Assembly (NCBI GenBank): GCA_965215605.1
Contig: OZ244070.1
Span: forward strand, 1,984,001-2,048,000
Reading direction: 5' to 3'
DNA length: 64,000 nt
Origin: an uncultured Candidatus Binatia bacterium
GTDB lineage: Bacteria > Desulfobacterota > Binatia > UBA9968 > JAJDTQ01
Within the stretch, counting starts at the first letter, position 1. Every line of letters begins with the position of its first letter. The notes under the pieces are model-generated. The model saw only the letters and a list, made by a program, of their open reading frames with translations. It searched no databases and was not told the origin of the DNA. This document shows, piece after piece, positions 1 to 9,270 of this stretch. Made by a program: the position numbers and the translations under genes.

Positions 1-1
1 G

Positions 2-127
2 CTCGGCATCAGTGAGTCCGCCGTGCGGAAGCTGGTCGACCCGGACCACCGGTCGCACATCAGTCAGGTGCAAAAGGCGCTCCGCGCCGTAGGGCAAAAT
101 TTGGTCATCGAAGTAATCGCTGCATGA
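2..127 (+). CDS. Partial (3' end) HicB-family antitoxin, C-terminal HTH
   Basis: Hand translation LGISESAVRKLVDPDHRSHISQVQKALRAVGQNLVIEVIAA* resembles the HicB C-terminal HTH; cut by the window edge. Confidence 0.65.
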   Translation, partial: LGISESAVRKLVDPDHRSHISQVQKALRAVGQNLVIEVIAA

Positions 128-166
128 CGGCGCCATTTCAGGACGAAGTTCATGCCGCCCGACAAA

Positions 167-1216
167 TCAGGCCAACCGCACCCCGAACTCCTCCCGCCCG
201 GTTACATGCCCGACGATGGTGGCCGCCGGCACGTCGCGTTCCACGAGCGCCTTGACCAGGCTCTCGCCGTCCTTTTCCGCCACGGCGATCAGCAAACCGC
301 CGGAGGTCTGGGGGTCGAGGGCGACCTCGGCGAGGGCGTCGGAGACGGTGTCGGCGATGAGGGTCTTGCCGTCGAGGTACTCGCGGTTGCGCTTGCAGCC
401 GCCGGTGAGGTTGCCGCCGGCCTCGGCGAGTTCGGCGATGTCTTGAAACACGGGCAGCCGGGCGGCTTCGAAGACGATGCTGACGCGGCCGTCGAGGGTC
501 ATCTCCAGGCCGTGGCCCAGCAGGCCGTAGCCGGTGATGTCCGAGCAGGCATGGACGTCGTAGTCCTTCATGACCGCGGCGGCGTACTTGTTGAGGGTGG
601 CCATGGACGCCACCGCCTGATCGATGCTGGCCTGGGAGGCGTTGCCGCGCTTGAGGGCGGTGGTGGCGATGCCGGTTCCCAGGGGCTTGGTGAGGATCAG
701 CACGTCGCCTTCCTTGGCGCCGATGTTGCGCAGGATGCGATCGGGGTGAACGGTGCCGGTCACCGCCAGCCCGTACTTGATCTCTTCGTCGATGATGGAG
801 TGGCCGCCGACGATGACCGCGCCGGACTCGATGACCTTGTCGGCGCCGCCCCGCAGCACTTCGCCCAGCACCTCGATCTCCATCTTCCCCTTGGGGAAGC
901 AGACGATGTTGAGGGCGGTGGCGGGCTCGCCGCCCATGGCGTAGACGTCGCTCAGCGAGTTGGTGGCGGCGATCTGGCCGAACATGTACGGGTCGTCCAC
1001 GATGGGCGTGAAGAAGTCCACCGTGTTGACGATGGCCAGGTCGGGACGCAACTGGAACACGCCGGCGTCGTCGGCCGTCTCGGTTCCTACGAGCAGTTCC
1101 GGGGATGCGAACTTGGGAAGTTGGTGCAGGACCTGCACCAGGTCGGCGGGGCCGAGCTTGGCCGCTCAGCCGGCGGCCTTGACTTCCTGGGTCAGTCGGA
1201 TGGCTTCCGTGGACAT
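167..1216 (-). CDS. selD: Selenophosphate synthetase SelD, selenoprotein form (Sec17)
   Basis: ORF 167..1138 has SelD motifs (DDAG, TVDFFTP, GGHS, DPQTSGGLL); extends through in-frame TGA (1168-1166) to ATG at 1216, giving MSTEAIRLTQEVKAAG-U-AAKLGP. Confidence 0.95.
1122..1140 (-). promoter_or_regulatory. Putative bacterial SECIS hairpin of selD
   Basis: mRNA UGGUGCAGGUCCUGCACCA, a 9-bp inverted repeat starting 25 nt 3' of the UGA with G at the start of the loop; resembles the E. coli fdhF SECIS apex. Confidence 0.75.
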
Positions 1217-1256
1217 TCCAGACTCCTTCGGACCGTGGGTCCGGGCCTACGGTCCA

Positions 1257-3167
1257 TCAGCTTCTTCCCGCCTTGAGCTTTCTCACGTCGCCCACCCGCA
1301 TGGTCACGCCGGTACGGTCGAAGTGCTCCAGGACCGGGATGGTGTACTTGCGGCTCGACTGCAGGATGTCCCTGAAGGTGGCCGCGCTCATCTCCTCGTG
1401 GGTCTCGAAGTAGCTATATAAATCGGCCTTGATCCTGTCAATGGAAGCCTTGAGATAGTAGAGCTCGGTGGTCACTCGGACCACTTCCCCCTGCCGTTCC
1501 ATGACCCGGATTACCTCGTTGAGCTTCGGCCGCTGGACGCCCAGGGCCTTCTCGATCTCCTTCAGGTAGGGCGGGGCGAGGGGGTTCCTGGCCAGCGCGG
1601 CGGTGATGTCCGCGGAAAGGGACTTCTCCCGGCCCCCCAACTCCACGCGGTGGTCCGGTAGACGCAGGTGGTTGCCGTCCCGGACGCACACGCCCTCGGC
1701 CGCCAGGAGATCCGCCAGGTCGCGGAACAGCCGCGCCGATACGCCGGCGGCGAGTCTCGCCCGGACCTCCTCCAGGTCCATGCCCGGCGCCAGCGTATGG
1801 CTCTTGTGGAAAGCCTCCAGGGCCGAGCGGAGGCGCTCCCGGAAACCGTTCCACTTGTCCTCGGTGGTGTAGACTCGCTCCCGCTCGGAATCGAAGGAGC
1901 GGAGCCCCTCGGTCCGCTCGAGCCAGTCGCGGGTCTCGTCCCGCTTCAGGTTGAGGAACTGGCAGATGGAGTCGAGTCCCGTGGCCAGGCTGGCGTCCCC
2001 GTCCAGAAAGCCCCGGATCATTTCCGGCGTGTCGCCCTCGCGCAGGGTCCGCAGCCGCTCCTCGACATCCTTCTCCCGGCGCCGGTGCCGCCGCGCCCGG
2101 GGGTCCACGACCTCGCCGCCGCCCAGGGTCCGTTGCGCGGTCTCGTCCCGCACGATGAAATGGTCGCCGCGCATGACCAGCAGCGGCTCGGTCAGCAGCA
2201 CTTGGCAGTAGGCCGTCTCCTTGGGCTCCACCTTCTCGATGTCTCCCAGGAAGATGAGCTTTCCCATGCGTTCGGCGGTGCCCAGGTGGATGCGTACGCG
2301 CTGATGATTATTGATCCCCTTGGCGGCCGCGGGCCGCACTTCCAGGTGCGCGTCGAATCGGGTGGATGCAAGGGTCAGTTCCTCGTGGCAGATCATGTGG
2401 CCGCGTTCCAGGGCGCCGCGGTCCTGGCCGGTGAGGTTCAGGGCCACGCGCTGGCCCCAGCCCGCGGACTCCACCGACTGGCCGTGCACCTGAATGCTGC
2501 GCACCCGGAACTTCTGGCCGCCGGGCACCGCGTGCACGTGGTCGCCGGCGCGCACCTCCCCCGCCAGCCCGGTGCCCGTGACGATGACCCCGTGGCCCTG
2601 GAGCACGAACACCCGGTCCACCGGCAGCCGGAAGAAGCCGCTGGGCGCCGGCCGGTCGATGCGTTCCAGCAGCTCGACGATGCCGCTCCGGACCTGCTCC
2701 AGCCCTTCACCCGAGACCGCCGAGAAGTGCGCCACCCGGGAGCCTTCCAATGCGGTCTCGAAGGTCAGGATTTCGATCTCTTCCTCCACTTCCCGCACCC
2801 TCGCCTCGGAAACCAGGTCCACCTTGGTGATGACGAACAGGGCGGTACGCACTCCCAGGAGATGGACGATGTCCAGGTGCTCCTCGGTCTGCGGCATGAC
2901 GCCGTCGTCCGCGGCCACCGTGAACAGCACCATGTCGATGCCGTGGGCGCCGGCGAGCATGTTCCGGATGAAGCGCTCGTGCCCGGGCACGTCTACGATG
3001 CCTGCCTCGCCGCCGTCCGGAAGCGCCAGGTGGGCGAACCCCAGGTCGATGGAGATGCCGCGTTCCTTCTCCTCCTTGAGGCGGTCGGTGTCTTTGCCGG
3101 TGAGGGCCTTGATGAGGCTCGTCTTGCCGTGGTCGATGTGGCCGGCGGTGCCGATGATAAAGGGCAT
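1257..3167 (-). CDS. selB: Selenocysteine-specific elongation factor SelB
   Basis: GTAGHIDHGKT, RGISIDLGF, DVPGHERF; C-terminal SRKYTIPVLEHFD winged-helix motif. Confidence 0.97.
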   Translation of the reverse strand: MPFIIGTAGHIDHGKTSLIKALTGKDTDRLKEEKERGISIDLGFAHLALPDGGEAGIVDVPGHERFIRNMLAGAHGIDMVLFTVAADDGVMPQTEEHLDIVHLLGVRTALFVITKVDLVSEARVREVEEEIEILTFETALEGSRVAHFSAVSGEGLEQVRSGIVELLERIDRPAPSGFFRLPVDRVFVLQGHGVIVTGTGLAGEVRAGDHVHAVPGGQKFRVRSIQVHGQSVESAGWGQRVALNLTGQDRGALERGHMICHEELTLASTRFDAHLEVRPAAAKGINNHQRVRIHLGTAERMGKLIFLGDIEKVEPKETAYCQVLLTEPLLVMRGDHFIVRDETAQRTLGGGEVVDPRARRHRRREKDVEERLRTLREGDTPEMIRGFLDGDASLATGLDSICQFLNLKRDETRDWLERTEGLRSFDSERERVYTTEDKWNGFRERLRSALEAFHKSHTLAPGMDLEEVRARLAAGVSARLFRDLADLLAAEGVCVRDGNHLRLPDHRVELGGREKSLSADITAALARNPLAPPYLKEIEKALGVQRPKLNEVIRVMERQGEVVRVTTELYYLKASIDRIKADLYSYFETHEEMSAATFRDILQSSRKYTIPVLEHFDRTGVTMRVGDVRKLKAGRS

Positions 3168-3201
3168 GGCGTTGGCGGCGCGGCGCGCGTCAGAGCGGCC
3201 G

Positions 3202-4593
3202 TTACCGGTCCGGGAGGTTGGGCACCAGCGACTCGGGCTCGCCCGCGCTCCTCAGGTCGAGGATGAAGCGGTCGCTGTTGATGCGGCCGATGACGGGCGG
3301 TTCGGCGCGGCGGAAGACGCGAGACACGTCTTCGGCGCTCATGCCGCGGCCGCTCACCGCGATGCCCTTGCTCGGGATCTCTTCGGTGGGGAGGGCGCCG
3401 CTGCCGATCTGGCAGGTGGAGTCCACCATCTCCGCCTCGTAGTCCGGACCCAGCCGGTCCCGCAACAGCGGCAGCACCCTCCGGCCGCCCTCCGCGATCT
3501 CGCCGAGAGGGCGGCTGAAGGCCCGCAGGGTCGGGATCTCGTTCAGCAGGTCCGGGGACTGGACGTAGCTCCGGAGCGTGGCCTCCAGCGCCGCCAGGGT
3601 GAGCTTGTCGCAGCGCAGGGCGCGCTTGAGGGGGTTGCGGTTCATGCGCTCGATCCAGAGTCGGGTCCCGGCCACGAGCCCCGCCTGCGGTCCGCCGAGA
3701 ATCTTGTCGCCGCTGAAGGTGACCACGTCGGCTCCCATGGCCACGCGCTCCGCCACCAGCGGCTCCCGGGGCAGCCCCAGCTTCGACAGGTCCACCAGCG
3801 CGCCGCTGCCCAGATCCTCCATCACCGGCACTCCCCGCTCCCGGCCGATGGCCACCAGGTCCTTGAGCTCCACCTCCGCGGCGAAGCCCACCACCCGGTA
3901 GTTGCTGGTGTGAACCTTGAGCAGCAGCCCGGTGTTCTCGTCGATGGCCTCGGCGTAGTCCCGCGGGTGGGTGCGGTTGGTGGTGCCGACTTCCCGGAGC
4001 AGGGCGCCGCTCTTGGCCATGACCTCCGGGATCCGGAACGAGCCGCCGATCTCGATGAGCTCGCCGCGGGACACGATGACGTGCTTGCCTTCGGCCATGG
4101 AGTTGAGCCCCAGCAGCACCGCCGCGGCGTTGTTGTTCACCACCGCCGCGGCCGCGGCCCCGGTCAGCTCCCGGAGCAGCGACTCGATGGCGTCCTCCCG
4201 CTGGCCGCGCTTGCCCCGGTGGAGGTCGAACTCCAGGTTGACCGGGTGGCGCGCGGCGAGGCTCGCGGCTTCCGCCGCAGCCTCCGAAAGCAGCGCCCGT
4301 CCCAGGTTGGTGTGCAGGATGGTCCCGGAAGCGTTCACCACCCGGACCATGCCCGGGCGGGCGGCCAGAGCGAGCTTCTTTTCCAGGTCCGTTATGATAG
4401 ATTCGTCCTGCAGCCGGTCGGGTGGAAGGCCGTCGCCGGACTTGATGGCCTGCCTCAATTCGTCGATGAGGTCGCGGAGGGTTTCCGTCACGAACGGCCG
4501 GCTGAACCGCTCCAGCAACGGCGCCGCGGCAGGGTGGCTCATGACGCGGTCCACGGAGGGCAGCTCACGCAGCAGGTTCGTTTCCGGTTTCAT
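3202..4593 (-). CDS. selA: L-seryl-tRNA(Sec) selenium transferase SelA
   Basis: NASGTILHTNLGRA, VNNNAAA, SRGELIEIGGSFR, FSGDKILGGPQAG. Confidence 0.97.
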   Translation of the reverse strand: MKPETNLLRELPSVDRVMSHPAAAPLLERFSRPFVTETLRDLIDELRQAIKSGDGLPPDRLQDESIITDLEKKLALAARPGMVRVVNASGTILHTNLGRALLSEAAAEAASLAARHPVNLEFDLHRGKRGQREDAIESLLRELTGAAAAAVVNNNAAAVLLGLNSMAEGKHVIVSRGELIEIGGSFRIPEVMAKSGALLREVGTTNRTHPRDYAEAIDENTGLLLKVHTSNYRVVGFAAEVELKDLVAIGRERGVPVMEDLGSGALVDLSKLGLPREPLVAERVAMGADVVTFSGDKILGGPQAGLVAGTRLWIERMNRNPLKRALRCDKLTLAALEATLRSYVQSPDLLNEIPTLRAFSRPLGEIAEGGRRVLPLLRDRLGPDYEAEMVDSTCQIGSGALPTEEIPSKGIAVSGRGMSAEDVSRVFRRAEPPVIGRINSDRFILDLRSAGEPESLVPNLPDR

Positions 4594-4676
4594 GAGTTCG
4601 TGACGCGGCCCCGGTGTCCTGTCCGGTTCATGCGCACCAAGCTCAAACTAGCCCTTCGGCAGGGTAGACGCAAATC

Positions 4677-5879
4677 TTGACAACCCCCCCTCCAGCCGAG
4701 CCGCGGCGCTGGTTCTTCCTGTTCATCGCCACGCTGTCGCAGACGGCGATGTCCACCATCCACATGGGCATCCCGACCATCGTGCCGCTCATCCAGTCGG
4801 AGCTCGGCCTGAACCTCACCGAGGTCGGAATCCTGGTTTCGATGATCAACGTCGGGGTGGTGGCCGCGGTCCTGGGAATGGGCAAGGCGGCGGACCGCTA
4901 CGGCGAGCGGCGCATCATCGGCTACGGTACCGCGGCGTGCGGACTGCTGGTCCTGAGCGTCCACTTCGCCGGCGGCTTCATCGCGCTGCTGCTGGTGTTT
5001 CTGCTCCTGGGGGTGCCGGTGGCCACCAGCACGCCGGCGGGCAGCAAGGCGGTGGCGGGATGGTTCCCGGACCGGGAACGGGGCATGGCCATGGGCGTGC
5101 GCCAGACCGGCATACCGCTGGGCGGCACCATCGGCGCCCTCACGCTGCCGGCCATGGGCTTGGTCTTCGGCTGGCGGTGGGCGTTGTCCCTGGTGGGCGT
5201 GGTCACCATCCTCGCGGGACTGCTGGTGCTGGTCTGCTACAAGGAACCCCGGCGGCCTCCGGCGGCGGGCGGCGCCGAGCCCGCGGGCGGCCTCAAGGAC
5301 ATCGCGCGGCGCTCGGGCATCTGGGCCGCGGCGTTCTATGCCGCGGTGCTGGCGGGGTGCCAGTGGTGCTACATCAGCTACATCGAACTCTACCTCACCG
5401 AGCACATCTTCTATCCGCTGGTGTTCGCCGCCCACCTGCTGGCGGTGGGACAGGCCTGCGGCGGCACCGGCCGCATCGTCTTCGGCATCGCCAGCGACCG
5501 GGTCTTCTTCGGGCGGCGGGTGCCGGTGCTGGTGATGCTCGGGGTCGTCGGCACCGTCGCCGGAGTGGCCACGGCCCTGCTGTCGCCGGACATGCCGGCG
5601 TGGCTCGTGGCCCTGGTGGTCTGGCTTCTCGGACTCGGCACCATGAGCTGGCAGGGCTTGTATCTCGCCCTGGTCGCCAAGATCGCCGGCACCCGCGTGG
5701 CCGGGGTCGCCATCGGCATGACCAACACCGTGGCGTTCGTGGGCGTGGTGGCGCTGCCGCCCATCTTCGGCTCCATCGCGGACTACACGGAATCCTACCG
5801 GATGGCCTGGATCGCCATGGCCGTCGCCATCGCGCTGCCGCTGCCGTTCCTTTGGAGAGTCAGGGAGGACTCGCTGTAG
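4677..5879 (+). CDS. MFS transporter
   Basis: About 12 hydrophobic segments; GKAADRYGER motif A; WFPDRERGMAMG. Confidence 0.9.
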   Translation: MTTPPPAEPRRWFFLFIATLSQTAMSTIHMGIPTIVPLIQSELGLNLTEVGILVSMINVGVVAAVLGMGKAADRYGERRIIGYGTAACGLLVLSVHFAGGFIALLLVFLLLGVPVATSTPAGSKAVAGWFPDRERGMAMGVRQTGIPLGGTIGALTLPAMGLVFGWRWALSLVGVVTILAGLLVLVCYKEPRRPPAAGGAEPAGGLKDIARRSGIWAAAFYAAVLAGCQWCYISYIELYLTEHIFYPLVFAAHLLAVGQACGGTGRIVFGIASDRVFFGRRVPVLVMLGVVGTVAGVATALLSPDMPAWLVALVVWLLGLGTMSWQGLYLALVAKIAGTRVAGVAIGMTNTVAFVGVVALPPIFGSIADYTESYRMAWIAMAVAIALPLPFLWRVREDSL

Positions 5880-5988
5880 GCCGGATGCGGTGCGAAGGGC
5901 TTCTTCCAAGGCGCCCCTGTCGTGTGTCCATCGTTGGCGTCTGGCGGCCCTCCAGCAATTGGCACGTGACCATCCGAGGACGCGCATC

Positions 5989-6996
5989 GTGAACATCCCC
6001 GTTCTGACATTCTTCAACAACAAGAGTGGTGTCGGGAAAACGTCTCTTGTCTACCACTTGGCCTGGATACTGTCACAGACGGGGCATCGAGTCCTCACTT
6101 GTGATCTGGACCCGCAGGCCAACCTCTCCGCGGCGTTCCTTAACGAAGATCGACTGGAAAGACTGTGGGAAGGGGAAGATGGCGGCAAGACGATTTTCAA
6201 GAGCGTCAAACCACTGTTGGAGGTCGGCGATCTGTTGCCTCCCGTACTTCAGGAAATCACCCCGGAACTCAGCCTGATACCTGGCGATCTGGCCCTGTCC
6301 GGGTTTGAGGACACCTTGTCCGGGCAGTGGCCGGATGCGCTCGGCTCCGGCGACCTGTATCGTCCGTTTCGGATTCTCACGTCGTTCTGGACGGTGATGC
6401 AAGCAGGTGCGAGTGCCATGAAGGCTACCGTCATTCTCGCCGATGTGGGCCCCAACCTGGGTGCCATCAACCGTTCCGCCCTGATCGCCACGGATCATGT
6501 CGTCGTCCCACTCGGATCCGATCTCTTCTCATTCCAAGGGCTCCGCAACCTTGGCCCGACCCTCCGGCGCTGGCGCGAAGATTGGACCAAACGGATGGAC
6601 AACTGGGATTCCCTGCAATTCCCGTTGCCCGGCGGTCGGATGAAACCGCTCGGTTACATCGTTCAACAGCACAGTGTCCGACTGAGCCGCCCGGTCAAGG
6701 CGTATGACCGGTGGGTCAACAGGATGCCGGAAGAATATGGCCGTAATCTGCTTGAACAGGAGGCCCCATTCCCCGCCTCTCCACGGGAGGATGAGCATTG
6801 CCTCGCCACCGTCAAGCACTACCGGAGCCTCGTCCGCATGGGGCAGGAGAGCCGCAAGCCGATTTTCGACCTCACCACGGCGGATGGCGCAATCGGCAGC
6901 CATGCCGCCGCGGTGCACGAAGCACGCCGCGATTTCAGGGCGCTGGCGAAGTTGATTGTCGAGAAAGCGGGCCTCGCGGCCGACGGCGGTTCCTGA
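5989..6996 (+). CDS. Orphan ParA/Soj-like (AAA_31) ATPase
   Basis: FFNNKSGVGKTS deviant Walker A, DLDPQANLS, DVGPNLGAINR; GTG at 5989 is the likely start. Confidence 0.85.
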   Translation: MNIPVLTFFNNKSGVGKTSLVYHLAWILSQTGHRVLTCDLDPQANLSAAFLNEDRLERLWEGEDGGKTIFKSVKPLLEVGDLLPPVLQEITPELSLIPGDLALSGFEDTLSGQWPDALGSGDLYRPFRILTSFWTVMQAGASAMKATVILADVGPNLGAINRSALIATDHVVVPLGSDLFSFQGLRNLGPTLRRWREDWTKRMDNWDSLQFPLPGGRMKPLGYIVQQHSVRLSRPVKAYDRWVNRMPEEYGRNLLEQEAPFPASPREDEHCLATVKHYRSLVRMGQESRKPIFDLTTADGAIGSHAAAVHEARRDFRALAKLIVEKAGLAADGGS

Positions 6997-7053
6997 CAAC
7001 AGACGTGGAACTCCATCCCGCGTCGCTGATCCAGGCTGGCCGGCTCTCTAGGG

Positions 7054-7890
7054 TCAACTCCCCAGACAGTACTCCGCGATCTCTCGGTACGTGGGTTGCC
7101 AGATCTCGTCGAGGTGCCGGTTGACGTACTCGATGATGCGCTCGAAGCCGGCGGCGAGATAGGGCCGGCCGCCCAACTCGGCGTGGACGCAGGCGTCGAT
7201 CATGCCCGGGCGCCCTCGCTGGGCTTCGTCGTAGACAAAGTCGAAACCGTCCTTGAACCCGGTGAAGAACGTGCCGGCGTTGCCCAGGCCGTTGCCCCAG
7301 GCGCGCCAGTCGTTGGCGTACCAGGTCTTGGGAATGACGCAGATGCGCCGGCCGTCGACCGACTCCACGTGGGGGATGTCGTCGTCCGACGGGTCCCCGG
7401 ACCACAGGTAGCCCGCCTCGGCAAGGAGCCCCAACGTGACGTCGGTGTGATGGCCGCCCGGACCGAACCAGCCCACCGGCCGCGCTCCGGTGATATCCTC
7501 CAGTATCCGGGTGCAGGAGGCGATCTCCTCCTTCTGCTCTTCCGGGGTCAGCTCGATCATGCTGACCTCGTTGGTGGTACCGTGGCCGGCGATCTCGTGG
7601 CCTGCCTCGTGCAGCGCGCGCACCGCGTCCGGCCATTTCTCCGCCGCCAGCGAGTTCACCAGGATCATGGCGCGGACCTGCTGCCGTTCGAGGATATCGA
7701 GGATGCGCCAGATGCCGGCGTTGCCCCCGTAGTCCGCATGAGACAGCGAGCTGTAGTTCACGTCGATGCGCGAATCCATCTTGAAGCGGCCGGTCTTGCG
7801 GAAGGCTTCCAGGGCCACGCTATAGGTACAGCACACGAGCTTGCCCTCGGGCCACTGAATGGTGCGCCGGAAAGCGGAGTCGTTCGCCAT
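7054..7890 (-). CDS. Polysaccharide deacetylase family (PuuE-like) protein
   Basis: DYGGNAGIWRIL, GHEIAGHG, RPVGWFGP, DDDIP, HAELGGRP. Confidence 0.85.
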   Translation of the reverse strand: MANDSAFRRTIQWPEGKLVCCTYSVALEAFRKTGRFKMDSRIDVNYSSLSHADYGGNAGIWRILDILERQQVRAMILVNSLAAEKWPDAVRALHEAGHEIAGHGTTNEVSMIELTPEEQKEEIASCTRILEDITGARPVGWFGPGGHHTDVTLGLLAEAGYLWSGDPSDDDIPHVESVDGRRICVIPKTWYANDWRAWGNGLGNAGTFFTGFKDGFDFVYDEAQRGRPGMIDACVHAELGGRPYLAAGFERIIEYVNRHLDEIWQPTYREIAEYCLGS

Positions 7891-7918
7891 GGTGGTTTCC
7901 TTTCGTGACTCGCGGCCC

Positions 7919-7945
7919 CTGGATTCCCGCTTTCGCGGGAATGAC
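7919..7945. repeat. REP-like palindrome, family A (GTCATTCCCGCGAAAGCGGGAATCCAG)
   Basis: ATTCCCGC-N4-GCGGGAAT hairpin; further copies at 9152 and 21867. Confidence 0.85.
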
Positions 7946-7977
7946 GCCCCGGGGCGTGGGTGCTATTGCTCTTGTCG

Positions 7978-9087
7978 TTACGCCGCCCGCGACGACAGCC
8001 TGGCGTAGCGCTTGCGGTGTGAATCGGCGTTGCCATATTGGGCCGACAGCGACATGGCCCGGCGCAGGTACAGGCTTGCGTCGTATTCGTCGGTGAAGCC
8101 GATGGCGCCGTGCATCTGCACCATGGACTTGGTCACGGAGAGCACCGCGTCCGAGGCCCGCGCCTTGACCGCGGCCACCATGGCGCGGTTGCCGCGCCCC
8201 TCGTCCATGGCGACGCACACTTGGTAGAGCAGCGAGCGGGTGAGCTCGATGTCGACGTGGTCGTTGACGGCCCGGTGCTGCAGCGCCTGGAAGGAGCCTA
8301 TGGCCCGGCCGAACTGTTCGCGCGTTCCGAGATAGTCTACCGCCAGGGTCAGCCCCTGCTCCATGATGCCCAGCATTTCCGCGGAGGTTCCCAGAAGCAC
8401 CAGGTCCAGGGTCGCCGCCGCCAGCTCCGTGCCCTGGGCGCCGGACGCGACGACCCGGTCCGCCGGGACGGGGACATCCGCCAGCACCAGCGCCGCGTGC
8501 CCGGTGCCGTCCACGCGGGCGCGCCGCACGATTTCGAGCCCCGGGGCGTCGCGCGGCACCAGGCACACGACGGTGCCGTCCCCGCTCCGGGCGCCGACGA
8601 TGAAGCCGTCGGCCGCGGCCGCGCCGGGAACCGCGTCCTTACGCCCGCCAAGCGTGAAACCGTCACCGGCGGCGACGGCCTGGATACGTGCACCTTCGGG
8701 GTCCTCGGCCGCCGGGTCACTCAGCGCGGGAACGATGACGGCGCGGCCGGCCACCAACGCCTCCAGGGTTGCGTTCATGGCCGCGGGTCCCGCAGCCACG
8801 GCCCGCGCCGCCGCCATCACGGCCGCGACGGGCTCGGTCATGAGGCCGTGGCCCGCCGCTTCCAGCACCAGCGCCGCCTCGGTGGTCCCCAGGCCCAGGC
8901 CGTCGCGCTCTTCCGGCACCAGCAGCGAAAGCCAGCCGGCCTCCGCCACCTCCACGAGCCGCGCCCGGTCGAACCCGTGCTCGGTGGCACGCAGCTCACG
9001 GAACCGGCCCGGTCCCGCGTGCCGCTCGATGAGCTTGTCCGCGCTCTCCCGAAGAATCGTTTGTGCCTCATCAAGGACGAGTTCCAT
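7978..9087 (-). CDS. Acyl-CoA dehydrogenase family protein (short partner type)
   Basis: REQFGRAIGSFQALQH, QMHGAIGFT. Confidence 0.9.
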   Translation of the reverse strand: MELVLDEAQTILRESADKLIERHAGPGRFRELRATEHGFDRARLVEVAEAGWLSLLVPEERDGLGLGTTEAALVLEAAGHGLMTEPVAAVMAAARAVAAGPAAMNATLEALVAGRAVIVPALSDPAAEDPEGARIQAVAAGDGFTLGGRKDAVPGAAAADGFIVGARSGDGTVVCLVPRDAPGLEIVRRARVDGTGHAALVLADVPVPADRVVASGAQGTELAAATLDLVLLGTSAEMLGIMEQGLTLAVDYLGTREQFGRAIGSFQALQHRAVNDHVDIELTRSLLYQVCVAMDEGRGNRAMVAAVKARASDAVLSVTKSMVQMHGAIGFTDEYDASLYLRRAMSLSAQYGNADSHRKRYARLSSRAA

Positions 9088-9151
9088 GCCTTTGCCTTTC
9101 TACGGCCAATACATCTCAATACATCGACCGATGACCCTTGCCCCGCCGCCC

Positions 9152-9178
9152 CTGGATTCCCGCTTCCGCGGGAATGAC
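9152..9178. repeat. REP-like palindrome, family A
   Basis: ctggattcccgcttccgcgggaatgac, nearly identical to 7919-7945. Confidence 0.85.
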
Positions 9179-9270
9179 GATTCGGGGCGCTCGTGCCGGT
9201 TCTCGTTCGGGCGAGGTCTCGAAACAACCTGTTGCGCGGGAATGATCAATTCCAGCCTGGGGCGGACGAT

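Noticed and set aside
128-4676. tRNA-Sec near the sel operon, and other selenoproteins
   Set aside because: No cloverleaf in the short intergenic gaps; DsbA, ArsC and the Fe-S proteins use Cys codons
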